The notes beneath the pieces were generated by a model. The model saw only the letters and a program-made list of their open reading frames with translations, searched no databases and was not told where the DNA came from. A stretch of DNA of 63,293 nucleotides, filler included, from Conidiobolus incongruus B7586 (Eukaryota): the NCBI GenBank assembly GCA_000697335.1. It is 12 parts of 12 records of this genome, joined end to end, with 100 filler letters (N's around TTAATTAATTAA, not from the genome) between each part and the next. Parts side by side here need not be neighbours in the genome. Positions count along the whole stretch, not along the records: positions 10,158 to 20,285 come from JNEM01006532.1; positions 20,386 to 22,583 come from JNEM01006534.1; positions 22,684 to 29,840 come from JNEM01006535.1; 9 more parts are not named here. The stretch is one strand, 5' to 3'. Every line of letters begins with the position of its first letter. The first letter of the stretch is position 1. The position numbers and the translations under genes were made by a program. Positions 13,869 to 25,819 of the stretch are shown here, in pieces.

Positions 13869-14820
13869 GATAAATGAAAAAAAAGATATTTAGGTGATCA
13901 GATTGAAGGAGTGACCCTTTATATACATAGAAATCCAGTTATTTCAAATCCATCAATCCCCCAAAGTAATTGATGAACCCTAACATTTCAGATTAATTAC
14001 AACTATAAATAATCATTAAAATCAGGTTTTTCAATTTTATCAATTTTCATAAATTATTAAATTGACACAATTACCCAGACCGAGTTATCAAATTCAAGGA
14101 TTCTTGCAGTGTAATTTGCTATCCCTACACTAACCATCAAATTAAATTTCCTATCAACAATGGAGTGTTGACTAGTTGCCTTGATTTCACTTTGAGTCAA
14201 TTAGAACCGGTTAAAACAAATAGAAGAAATGGAATTTGGTAAAATTAGGTTGAGGATGAGGGTGCGCTAAATAGAACGTTTCAAAAAATACCAGTTATTC
14301 AGTGGGATTTGTGATTTTTTTACCAGATTTATATTGAAACAGTTTTAACTCTCTCATAACAATACCGCAAAATTTGAAATTTACCTAATTATCAATATTA
14401 TCACTTCCGCTCCAACCCTCCTATTCATCCACCGAGTTTGATTACAAGCTACCCATTCCTTGAATAATTACTCCTGCTAATTTTCCAGTATATCCTCTTA
14501 ACACCACCATTAAACTGGTATTTCTAGTCATACAAAATCCTCAATGATTTCTTTGATACAAATTCGAGGAAAATCGGGGTGATAAATCTATGTTCATAAT
14601 ATTTTGTCCTGGTATTACCTTAATTATTTCACAATTATCTGGTCCTAATTACTAAATCTAGTATTTTACAGGATTTGTTTACACTAATTTTATCATTAAC
14701 AGATACTAATGAATATACATTCATGTGCATTATAAAATGTATATTACAAAATGGTAAAATATTAATGAGTCAATTGAAATAAATTAGTATATTATCTAAT
14801 TTTATACTTTATACTAATAT

Positions 14821-14855
<35 letters not shown>

Positions 14856-16889
14856 TACTTTATCATATTTAAATATATCAATTTGAAATATATATATATA
14901 TAAACATAACACATTAAAATATAATGAAAATTTGGATATTTATATTAAATTGTTTCAAATTTTGTATTTACATTAGTGAAATAGCGTGTCAAATATCAAA
15001 ATAAATTACAAAGATAATACTCGGATATATAACTTTTTTGATCAATTTATTTTTATTTTTATAATATCAATAGTCTATAACAATATATTTACTCATAATT
15101 TATAACGGATGATATAACCAACCAACTTGGGATAATTGATTGTTGTAAATATGAAATGGGAAAATTATTCATGAGAATAGTATCCATCAAATTAAATTGG
15201 AATTATGTTTCAAAAGTTTTTGACAATTTTAAATCTCATCCAAATTTTAACTAAAATATTATTATAAATAGATAGTGATTGAGAAACTGTAACCTCTCAC
15301 TTTAATCATATTATTTTATTTGATATTTTTCAAATGGTACAATGATAGTATCATTTATATAGTCTAACTTTATATATATCAGATACTGCTTACAAAATGG
15401 TTGGTGAACAGCGTGACCATTGAAAAACAATAACTATTCAAATATATTGTATTAAAATTATTAGTTAAGCAAATAAAAAAGATAAACTCAATTTTTTCAA
15501 GTTTAATAATTAATAATATATGTGATAACTATAGAATATTATCTATAGTACAATAACAATGTGCCTAGATCGATAATTTTAGTTTATAAACATTAGCTAC
15601 AAGCTTTAACTACCAATTCATATATATTAACACATAGTAGAGAAATATATTAAAAATAATAAATTATTATCGACTCTGTGATTCTTAAATCTCAATTATA
15701 TATTTGAAATGACTATTGAAAAAACATGCTTTAACATATCTTTAACCTTGAATATAATTATTAGAATTTTGAAGAATATTCATTTTATCCATTATTTTTA
15801 AGTTATATTATTTAATAACTATTTCATACAGTTATTTTTATAAAGTCTAGAATTTTCCTATATGTATAAATCTAGAAACTTAATATAACCAAAATTTTTT
15901 ATTTACATTAAAATTATTAAAATTTATTTGTTCTTGGTATTACTTCACCATACTGATTTATTGATTATTTCTAACATACTAATCCAGTTTTTACTAACCA
16001 TTCCTTTGAAAAGCATAATACTAACTCAAGTGATAATTTCACAACCTATTAATATAATTATTTAATGAACAAGTTTCGATTTAACTAACAATGTTATCTA
16101 TTTTAAAAAAAATTGAATTATGTCAATAGATTTAAAATTAAATATTTTCAATATCACTTGTCTAAAATTTGATATATTGCATAACAATTGGGTCTAATGA
16201 AAAGGTATATATTTACTTTTTTTAATTTATAATTGCGAATTTTAAGAGATTCAATATTTATTGCATGTATTCAATAATTCGAAATTTTCAATACAAAAAC
16301 CAGATATTCGAATGATATAAATACTTATGATCTTTAAATTAATATATATTATGAATTTTGGAATAAAAGCAATATAATTCAAAATATAAATATTCATATT
16401 ATTTATGAAGCCAGTAATCTGGAAATAAATTGCAACTATGTTAATATTATATATCATCAATTTATTAATAAATATGATTTAGTATTCAGTGTAGGATTTT
16501 ATGGGAATTTTTATGATGTAAGATTAAAAATAACTTAAAATTTTAATATTATTTATATTAATCAAAATATAAATCAAAATAATATAAATTTTTAAATAAA
16601 TTATATATTAATAATCTTTATTTATTTTATATAAAGATAATATTTTAAAAATTTTTATCTAATTCATCAAAAGAGAACTGACTTTAAAATTAATTATTAT
16701 TTATTATCTCAAAATCTAAAAAATAATAAATTTTTTAATTTCTGATTTTTCAGAAATATTATTGATTTATAATAATTATTATATAATATAAATCAAAAAA
16801 TATATAGAATTAACCTATATATATATTACTATATAATATTTTTTCATTAAAAAAAATTTCCTTTTGAAAAGTTTATTATTTAATTTTAT

Positions 16890-17710
16890 ATTATTTATAA
16901 AGTTATTAAAATATTTAATATCAGTTATATAAATATATTATAAATATTAAAGTTCAAATTTAATATAATAAAATATAAAATTATTACCTTATAATTCTAT
17001 TTTTGATTAATAAAGTTAAAATAGTTAAAATAAATAATATTAATTAGAATATAATTAAATATTAGAATTTTAATAATAAATCATGATAAATGATAAACTA
17101 TATGTATTTTTATATAATCTTTTATTATAACATAAGTTAAAATATTAGAATTACTTAAAACTATCTTTATTACCAATTCCAATAAATAAGTATATTATTT
17201 ATAAAACAATATAGATAATTATAATAAGTTAAAATTTTATATAAAATGTTTTTGAATTATAAAAAGAAAATCAACTATTAATAAACTTTATATTATTTTT
17301 TTAATTAAATTTTCTTTTATTAGTATTTAGAGTAAAATTTAAATATAATATTATTTTATATAAAGTTTATAAAATATATAAAATAAAAGTGAAAAAATAT
17401 TCTCATTAGATATAACTTGGAAAAATTATCATATTTAGTATATTTATTAAACTTCAACCTATATAATTATAATTATTTTGAATAATTAAAAATTATACCT
17501 ATAGGAATGAAATTTTTTTAATAAAATTTAATTTGTTTATAAAATATTTAATATAATTTTCTAATAAAAAGAGCTCTTTAATTATTATAAATTTATCAAA
17601 AATATAAGAAAATATTATTTTTAATAATAAAAAATTAATTATTATATATTAAGGATTTTATTCAGATTAAATTTTAAAAAAGTCTTATTATTTAAATTTT
17701 AAATTAATTA
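16890..17710 (+). mobile_element. Old, highly decayed mariner copy (may extend left to ~16480)
   Basis: Aligns with 20780-21616: remnant of the WVPHNL region at ~16980, the WKELPHP region at ~17415 and the right TIR AAAAGTCTTATTATTTAAAT at ~17680-17710. Confidence 0.6.
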
Positions 17711-18098
17711 TTTCCAATATTTCTATTAAATCTTTCTAACCTTGATATTTATAAAAAAACATTAATAAAGTCCATTTATATCGATGATATTAATACTTAA
17801 AATAAGATATTATATTTAACATCATTAATTTTATTCATTTATAAAAATTTTATTATTAGATCATTTTATATTAATAAAATTAAAATAATAATATTTCATT
17901 GTTTTGATATATTATTATAAATTTGAAAGTATTATGCAAAATATTATTATCTTTTTATAAAAGTGATTGCTAGCAATATATATAGTTGGTGATTAAAATA
18001 GGTAAGCTATTGTTTTTTAATAATAATATTAAATCAATGGCTTAATTAAAATGCTGAAAAAATATTATTATCATTATAGAGGTCAATTAATCTCATAT

Positions 18099-18290
18099 TG
18101 TTAGACCTAAAAATTCATCTCTTATAATCCAGTTGTCAGTTAAAAATAGAGTTTAGAGGTGAGATAAGTTTTTTAGATAATAAGACCTTTAGAGTAGAGT
18201 GATATACTTTTTGGAGTAATATCACTATAAGGAAATAGATGACGAGGCAAAGATTCTCGGGTGAGTTAACATCTAGGTAATCAGAGCCTG
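18099..18290 (+). mobile_element. Possible short LTR (TGTTAG...GTTAACA, 18099-18271) followed by PBS-like GGTAATCAGAGCC
   Basis: TG..CA ends with a short inverted match and a GC-richer block. The downstream motif resembles the TGGTA(A)TCAGAGC primer site. No TSD found. Confidence 0.35.
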
Positions 18291-19836
18291 ATAATCTATA
18301 ATAAATCAAGTTTTATAGATTTACACAATTTACTTCAATATGTTTGTTAATCAATAGCAATAAATAAATATAAATACAACAAATATGAGAGAATTTAATG
18401 ACATTTCAGTGTATATATAAATCAAAGCAATATGCATTCTATTATAGGCTTATCTATTTAAAGTTATATGCCAAATAAGGTTGGATATTTAAAACATTTT
18501 CTTGATAAAATAATGATATAAATATTAATTAATTTTTAGTGAAATTAGTATATAATTTATAATAATACCTTATGATTTATTTAAAAAATATGTCATATAG
18601 ATAATCTAATTATAATAAGATTAGAATAAAAATGTAGAAAAAATATAAAATATCAACACTGTTTATAAATAACACTATTTTTCAAAAAATTAAATTCAAA
18701 AACTAAAAATGATATATAATTTATTAAATTGACATCATATTATATTGATTTAGAAGAGTTATGATGGATAATGTAATAGAATTAACTTAACTGCTATATC
18801 ACTATGCAAAATAACTGGTATTCAAGCTCAATATAGATCAAAGTTATTATAGTAAATATAGCTATATTACGTTTAAAATGTTTTAGTTATTTCTCAATAA
18901 AAAAAATTATATTCCAGCTTTGATACCTAATTTATCACTGATTGAAAAAGTATTTTTCCAATTAATGGCAAATATGGTTTTATTTAATTTTCCCTACATA
19001 GTTAAGTATATAGATAAATCAACTAATTTTACACACGACTATTGACAACAACATTTTTATGTAATAATTATTAATGTTCTTGAAATATTTTAAGTTTATT
19101 AAAAATATTATATAATAATTATAAATACATGGCAATATAAAGTGCTAGAAAATTGATAATCAGTAGAATAAACTATTATTATTCTTATATTTAAAGATCA
19201 AATAAGTATTTGTTTTAGAAAGTTTTCAAATTTCCCAATTTAAATATCGAACAGTTAATATTAAATAATGTGATGAAGTCAATATAAATACGATGAAAAT
19301 CACTAAGTTGTTAGATCTTATATTTAGCTTAAATATAATATAATGCAAGACTATAATTTACTATTAAAATATTATTTGAATATAACATTAATTGCATTAA
19401 TATTTAATGATGTTGTAATCTATTAAACAAAATACCTTAATGAATAAGCTTTAATTAATTCATTTCAATTTTAAAATATAAAAGATATAATGAAAATTTT
19501 TTTGTATAATAATTTTGGAAATTAAAATTATAGCAACTTGTAAAGAAGTAAAGAATAGCTTGAATAAATCGATTAATGATCAAACTGATTAAATAAAGCT
19601 TTAATAATTTATTTAAAGCTATTCAGACTTGTGTATGTTAAGATTAATTGGCTGAGAATGTTTGCATTTTATCTGAGTGATTTTGTGTTGGGGAGAAAAT
19701 TGATCAAATGATAGAATAAAATTTGAATTTTGTCCCATAGATTAAAAAATCTTGTAAGATGTAGAATTGAATATTTTATTTTTCATTTAATATTTATAAA
19801 TTGATATCATAATAATTCAATTTAACTATTAAAAAT

Positions 19837-20285
19837 ATGTCAGTTGTTGGTATGTAATAAATTAATATATATGCTGAATAGAAATGAGTTTTAATATTAT
19901 ATCTTGATTTGTAGGTTTTGATTTGGGTAATTTGGCTTCCTATATTGCCGTTGCCCGTAATCGTGGTATCGATGTTATTGCTAACGAAGTTTCCAACAGA
20001 GCTAACCCCTCTTTGGTTTCTTTCGGCCCTCGTCAACGTTATATTGCCGAAGGTGCCAAGACCCAAGAAACTAGCAACTTCAAAAACACTGTTGGATCTA
20101 TCAAGAGATTAATCGGTAAGAAACTCGAAGATGAAGATATCCAAGAAATTGAAAGTAAGTTCGTTAATGCTAAGTTGGTTGATGTTGATGGTGAAGTTGG
20201 TGTTGAAGTCAACTATTTGGGTACTCCCACCAAATTCTCTGCTACTCAATTGACTGCCATGTACTTGGCCAAGCTCAGAGATACT
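19837..20285 (+). CDS. SSE1: Hsp110/Sse1 family Hsp70 nucleotide-exchange chaperone, 5' part (exon 1 19837-19849, intron 19850-19914, exon 2 19915 to gap)
   Basis: Spliced start [42 protein letters not shown] is characteristic of Sse1/Pss1/Hsp88. Intron is GTATGT...TAG. Truncated by a linker. Confidence 0.93.
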
Positions 20286-20385
20286 NNNNNNNNNNNNNNN
20301 NNNNNNNNNNNNNNNNNNNNNNNNNNNNNTTAATTAATTAANNNNNNNNNNNNNNNNNNNNNNNNNNNNNNNNNNNNNNNNNNNN

Positions 20386-21614
20386 TATATATAATAAATA
20401 AGAAAATAAATAGTTTTGAACTATATATATATATATAATAATTTTTTTGATTAAAAAATTAATTTTTTAAAATTAATTATTTAATATAATTATGTTTAAA
20501 CTAAATAGTAACTATTAAAAATCTTTTATTTTAGTATTAATAAAACTTAACCACAAATTTTTTAAAATTATTTAAAATTTACAAGCAGCTTTTGATAATG
20601 AAATATTATCTAAATCAACAATTTATTACTAGGTAAATTATATTAAAGTTAAGAGAAAAACTACCTAAAATTTATTAAAATCTCAAAGATTAATTTTAAC
20701 TCTTACTTTTTTAATTATTAATAAAGCAGAAATTATATTAAAAAATACCTTTTTATTTTAGTTAAAAAATTATTAATATATTTTAATAATAGTTACATAA
20801 GATTTTATATATATTAAAGTTTAAATTAAAATTAATTAATAAAAATATAAAATAGGTACCTTATAATTTAAATAAAGCTTAAAAAAAGTTAAAATAGTTA
20901 TTGCTAAATAAAATTTATTAAGATATAGCTAAAAACCAAGGCTTTTATAATAAATTATTATAATTGATAAATCTTAAATTTTTTTGTATAATCCTTTATT
21001 AAAACATAAATTAAATTGTTAAATTAAGTTAAATCAACTTTTTTCACAAATTTCTTTAAATAAATGCTTTATTAATAAGCAGATGTTAATAGTTATAATA
21101 AAATATAAGAGCATATATTATTCTAATTTAATTCTTAAAGGAAAATCAATTAATAGTAAACTATATATTTCTTTTTTAAATAAAACTATTTCTAATTGGT
21201 ATTCTTAATATAATTTAAGAAAACCTATTATTTTGCATAATAATTATAAAATATATAAACTTAAAGCTATAAAAAACTTTCTAATTAAAAATAACTAGAA
21301 AAAACTATTATATCTAATATATTCTTTAGATTATAACTAATGGGATAATAATTGTTTTAGGTAATTAAAAAACTAGATTATAATAAAAAAAATTTTGCAA
21401 GAAAATTTAATTAGTTTATAAAATATCAAATTTTAGTTTTTAATAAAAAGTATTATTTTTTAGGTATTAGATTTTTATTAACAGTATAACAAAAAGTTAT
21501 TAAAAATAAAAGAAATGATTAAATTTATAATATATATTTATTTTTAGTTTTTATATATTAAAATGTTTATTTTTTTAATCATAAAAAATTCCTATTATTT
21601 AAATTATAAAGTAA
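20386..21614 (+). mobile_element. mariner (DD34D) DNA transposon relic, right TIR followed by TA
   Basis: TAG GTA CCT TAT AAT TTA at 20853-20870 is a mutated WVPHNL. Aligns with 44166-45238, 56689-57138 and 60466-61568. Confidence 0.85.
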
Positions 21615-21616
21615 TA

Positions 21617-22563
21617 TATATACTTTATATTAGAATAAATATTATTTATATTTTAAGAAAAAATACCTTTAACTAAAGAAATTTCATTATAAAGTTAAAT
21701 AAGAGTTTAAATATTAATACTAAAGTTGAACTAAAATTAACTAGAGTAAAGTTATTTAGTTTAATAAAATAAAGATATATTTTAATAAATTTAATAAAAA
21801 AATTAAATATTTCAAAAAAGATAAAGAATTACTTTTTGACTATTATGTTATTATATCCTAAAAATATAATGATAGGTTAATTATAGTTTAAGGATATATA
21901 TTATCTTTAACTGTAAAATATTTTTATAGGGTTGATAAGGGAATTAATATTAAAATATATTAAAATATTTTAAATATTAAATTCAAAAAAACTATTAAGC
22001 AATATAAGTTAAATAAATCAAATATTATTTTTTAACAAGATAATACCTTTTATTATATTATAAATTTTATTATTAAATGGCTCAAAGATAATAAAATAAC
22101 TATTATAAAATTACCTCCTTAATTTTTTAATATTAAATTAATTAAATATCTTTAAAATCAATTAAAAAATTAATTAAAGCTTTCCCCCAAATATAAAATT
22201 TAAATTAACTTTGAAAGTATATTTAAGAAGCTTAGAATAATATTAATCTTGTTTAATATAAAAAGCTAGTTGACTTTATACACTATAAATTTAAAGAGAT
22301 TTAAAAAACATAAGATAAAAATATTAAATATTAATTTTTCTATTAATATTAAAACTTATAAATTTATAACTTATTTTAAATATACTTTTGGTTTTAATAT
22401 ATCAATTAATAATTAATTAAATTTAACTTTATATATTATATTATAAATACAAAATATATATTAATAATATAGTTTATTATAAGTTTATTTAAATCATAAT
22501 TAATTAAGATATTAATAGAAATATTTATATTTTAATTTTGTAACTTACTTTTGCAAACTAATA
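21617..22563 (+). mobile_element. Decayed Tc1 copy (3' two-thirds), interrupted on the left by mariner
   Basis: Co-linear with 55281-56226 and with the reverse complement of 57953-58900. Confidence 0.85.
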
Positions 22564-23368
22564 TATATATATAACTTTATTTTNNNNNNNNNNNNNNNNN
22601 NNNNNNNNNNNNNNNNNNNNNNNNNNNTTAATTAATTAANNNNNNNNNNNNNNNNNNNNNNNNNNNNNNNNNNNNNNNNNNNNAATATATTGATATATTG
22701 ATAGGGTAATATAATTTTAAATTTTAATGATATTTAAAAAAACTATATATAAACTATAGTTTATTACTCGAAAAAGTTTTAATATTTTAATATAGTATAT
22801 ATTATCAAAAGTTAAAAAATAATCTATTTAAGTATCTTGTTTATCAATCAAAATAAAGAATAATATTGAAAATATTAAATTTTAAATAAAGAAATAATTT
22901 CTAATTATATTTTTACCAATATTTATATAAATTATTAATTTAAGTCAATAAATAATATTCAAAAATATTTCAAAATTAAAATATAATTAGGTTATTTCAC
23001 TTTACTATAATTAAAATATACTTTTTATATTATAAATTATTTATATCATTATAATATCAATAATAAGAATTTACTATTATATTTTTAAAATTCAACTATT
23101 GAACATTGATTTGGGAATTATAAATGAGATATTTAAAATATCAATAAAGTTTTTAAATTTAAAAATAAAATAATAAAAAATAATTATATTAGTATGAGTA
23201 ATAAATTAAATTATTATAATAATATAAGTGAAATAATTTAAAAAAATAATGAATTAATGATATAAAAATTTAAAATATAATAAAATTGAAAATAAATCAA
23301 ATTAAAAATAGAATATAAGTTCATTTTGAGATATGGTTTTTTGTAATCAATTAAAAAGATATATTAGA

Positions 23369-23867
23369 TGTCGCGGTTATTAGATCTTAGAGTGTCATCG
23401 AGGACACCAACACAGCCATTGTGTAGGCCATGTTATGGAGCATGGCACCTACCAGCTGGGGTAGATAACCGATGATCACTTGTAAACGGAGCGTTGAAAG
23501 GGGCGACTAGATCAGTAGCAACAGTGGCAGTGTGAGGATCCGGCATGTTAAGGGGATGGAATTATAAAATATCAATAAGAACGAGTGTAGAGTAAATAAT
23601 GGAAGATGACTCAAGTGGAGCTATAGGTGGCTACTTGAGCATTCCAAGAAGGTGGTTTTTGGAAGCAGGAAAAAGGTTTATTTGTAAAGGAACATGAGAG
23701 AGGATCCTGATTTAGTATTAAGTAGAATATACTGGCATAAGTATGAAACGACTAAGTAAAGGTGAGGTCACTCAGACGTGGGCAGGTAGAATGTTGATAA
23801 GGCCTAATTTGGTAAATTAGGGACTTAGTAGAGAACTTGAGTGGGAAAAGGCATGAATCAAGTAACA
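23369..23867. mobile_element. GC-rich solo-LTR-like insert immediately upstream of tRNA-Thr
   Basis: Sharp GC-rich block starting TGTCGCGG and ending GTAACA, with no long ORF. The left boundary is ambiguous: an alternative TG at 23422 gives a 4-bp ATTG duplication. Confidence 0.55.
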
Positions 23868-23886
23868 ATTGTTTAAGTAGAGTGTG

Positions 23887-23959
23887 GCCTTCTTGGCTCA
23901 GTTGGCAGAGCGTCCGCCTAGTAAGCGGAAGGTCACCAGTTCGATTCTGGTAGAAGGCA
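23887..23959 (+). tRNA. tRNA-Thr(AGT): tRNA-Thr, anticodon AGT, intronless
   Basis: Full cloverleaf: acceptor GCCTTCT/AGAAGGC+A, D arm GCTC/GAGC, anticodon arm TCCGC-CTAGTAA-GCGGA, T arm ACCAG-TTCGATT-CTGGT. Confidence 0.97.
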
Positions 23960-23977
23960 TAATCTCATATATTCATC

Positions 23978-23981
23978 TTTT
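23978..23981 (+). terminator. Probable Pol III terminator (T4) of the tRNA
   Basis: First T-run, 18 nt downstream of the tRNA. Confidence 0.45.
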
Positions 23982-24099
23982 CTTAAAAATAAAATAATTT
24001 TTAAAAAAAATTTTTTTCATTGAATAATATTCTATTAATATTAAAAAAATGAGAAATTTTGTTAAAATATATAATAAATACTAAAGTATAAAATATAAT

Positions 24100-25819
24100 T
24101 TAATTAAGAAGATCCAATAAATCGTCAACATTCACTTTTTTAGAAGGTGTTGTTGTGGTATTATTATTGGCGCTGCCGTTAGTGCTAACAGTAGTTCCAA
24201 AGCTATTAGTTGAAGCGCTGAGCTTAGGTGGGGAGGAGTACGTCTTCTTAGCTAATGAGCTGAGGTCGCCAAATGGATCCAAGTTGGCCATTGAGTTCTC
24301 CAATTGTCCCATGCTCGTAGTTGATGCTGGGGTCTGTGCAGGAAAGGCTGGTTGATTGGAGAATGATTGGTTGAAGTTGGCCTGACTGGGTGCGGTGAAT
24401 GATTTAGTGGGATTCAACGTATTGGTAGAGAATGATTGGTTATTAAATCCTTGGTTAGAATTAAATGAAGTGTTATTTTGTCCCATAATCTGATTGCCAC
24501 TAAATCCTAAGCTATTGCCGAATGGTTGGTTGGTGCTGAATGAAGTACTAGATTGTGGAATAGTGGTGGATGGAGCAGGTGCAAAACTGAGCCCAGCTAA
24601 TGGATTGTTATTATTGAATTGTGTGGACTGAGTAGGTTGATTGAAGTTATTTGTCACGTTAAAAGCATTAGAGGAAGTAGATGCAGAAGTGGGTTGGGGT
24701 GGATTACTCTCGAAAAGAGACATAATATAATCCTTAGAGGATGACTTTGTGTCAGTGGTGGAGGCGGTGGTGGTAGTGGTATGGAAGTCACCAAAATCGT
24801 CATCTTGGTCATCAGTGTTGGATCCAAAAATATCTTGCTTTGGCTTAGGTTCCTCGCGAGGAAGAGGAGGAAGTGCATTATTTGATTTAGAGTGGTGACG
24901 CGATGATTTAGGAGCAGTGTTATTAGCGGCAGCTTTATGGATCTCTCTATCTTGCACTAGTAATTCAATTGCTCTATCTAAATCGCCACCAGCCTTGCGG
25001 AGAGCAGCTCCACATTTTGTGGCATTATCAAAGCCCATAGATTGGAGTTGTTGTAATTTAGATGGTTCTTCATCAGGTAAATTGCAAAGAATTTCAATAG
25101 CAGCATTTACATCCATTTGAGTTTGACTCAAAATCTTCTTATTGAGCTCAGTATTGGTAAAACCCATGTCACGTAACTTGACAAGAGCGTTTGAAGCACG
25201 GGTATGCATGGCACTGAAAGTTGTAGGAGGAGAGTCTGAAGGTTCATGACGACTACTAGAAGAACGACCACCAGCCCCTCTACGAAATATTTGATGCTCA
25301 TATTTGTCACGAATATATTGTTCCATTCCACTAAAATTAATTATGTTAGAAATTAAATTCTAAGAGATAATATGAATGAATAAAGTACATTGGATCTGAA
25401 GGAATTTTTCTAGTTTCTCCATTTGGTAAATAATATTGGTTAACTTTTTCATTTCCCCATTCTTGCATATTCTAAATTCAAAATTTAAAAACAAGGATAA
25501 ATAAACATCTTAAGTAATTTACTTGAATTTGTTCAGGAGTCCAAGCATCCAATGAAATAGATTTAACTTTAGAAATATGAGTACCCATCTTACGGTGAAT
25601 ACCACCACATTTAATACACAAGAAGCAACCAATATTAAAAGAAGCCCATCTAGGACCTAAATAAATTAACATACAAGTACACTATTAAATCCATTCAAAC
25701 TTACCGGCAGCACCACAATCACAACAATGGTTATTACCAGGTAATTTACTTAATTCTTCTAGAATTTTTTCATTCTTCTGTTGTAATTTTTTATTATTTT
25801 TATCACTAAATCTCGACAT
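24100..25819 (-). CDS. ArfGAP protein with two UBA domains (Gts1/Ucp3/SMAP-like), 520 aa; exons 25819-25705, 25656-25523, 25471-25389, 25330-24100
   Basis: Three GT-AG introns with consistent phase give [34 protein letters not shown]...WGNEKVN...[10 protein letters not shown] (ArfGAP zinc finger). Two MGF-type UBA repeats follow (LRDMGF, LQSMGF), then a low-complexity tail with DDFGDF and DPF motifs. Confidence 0.92.
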
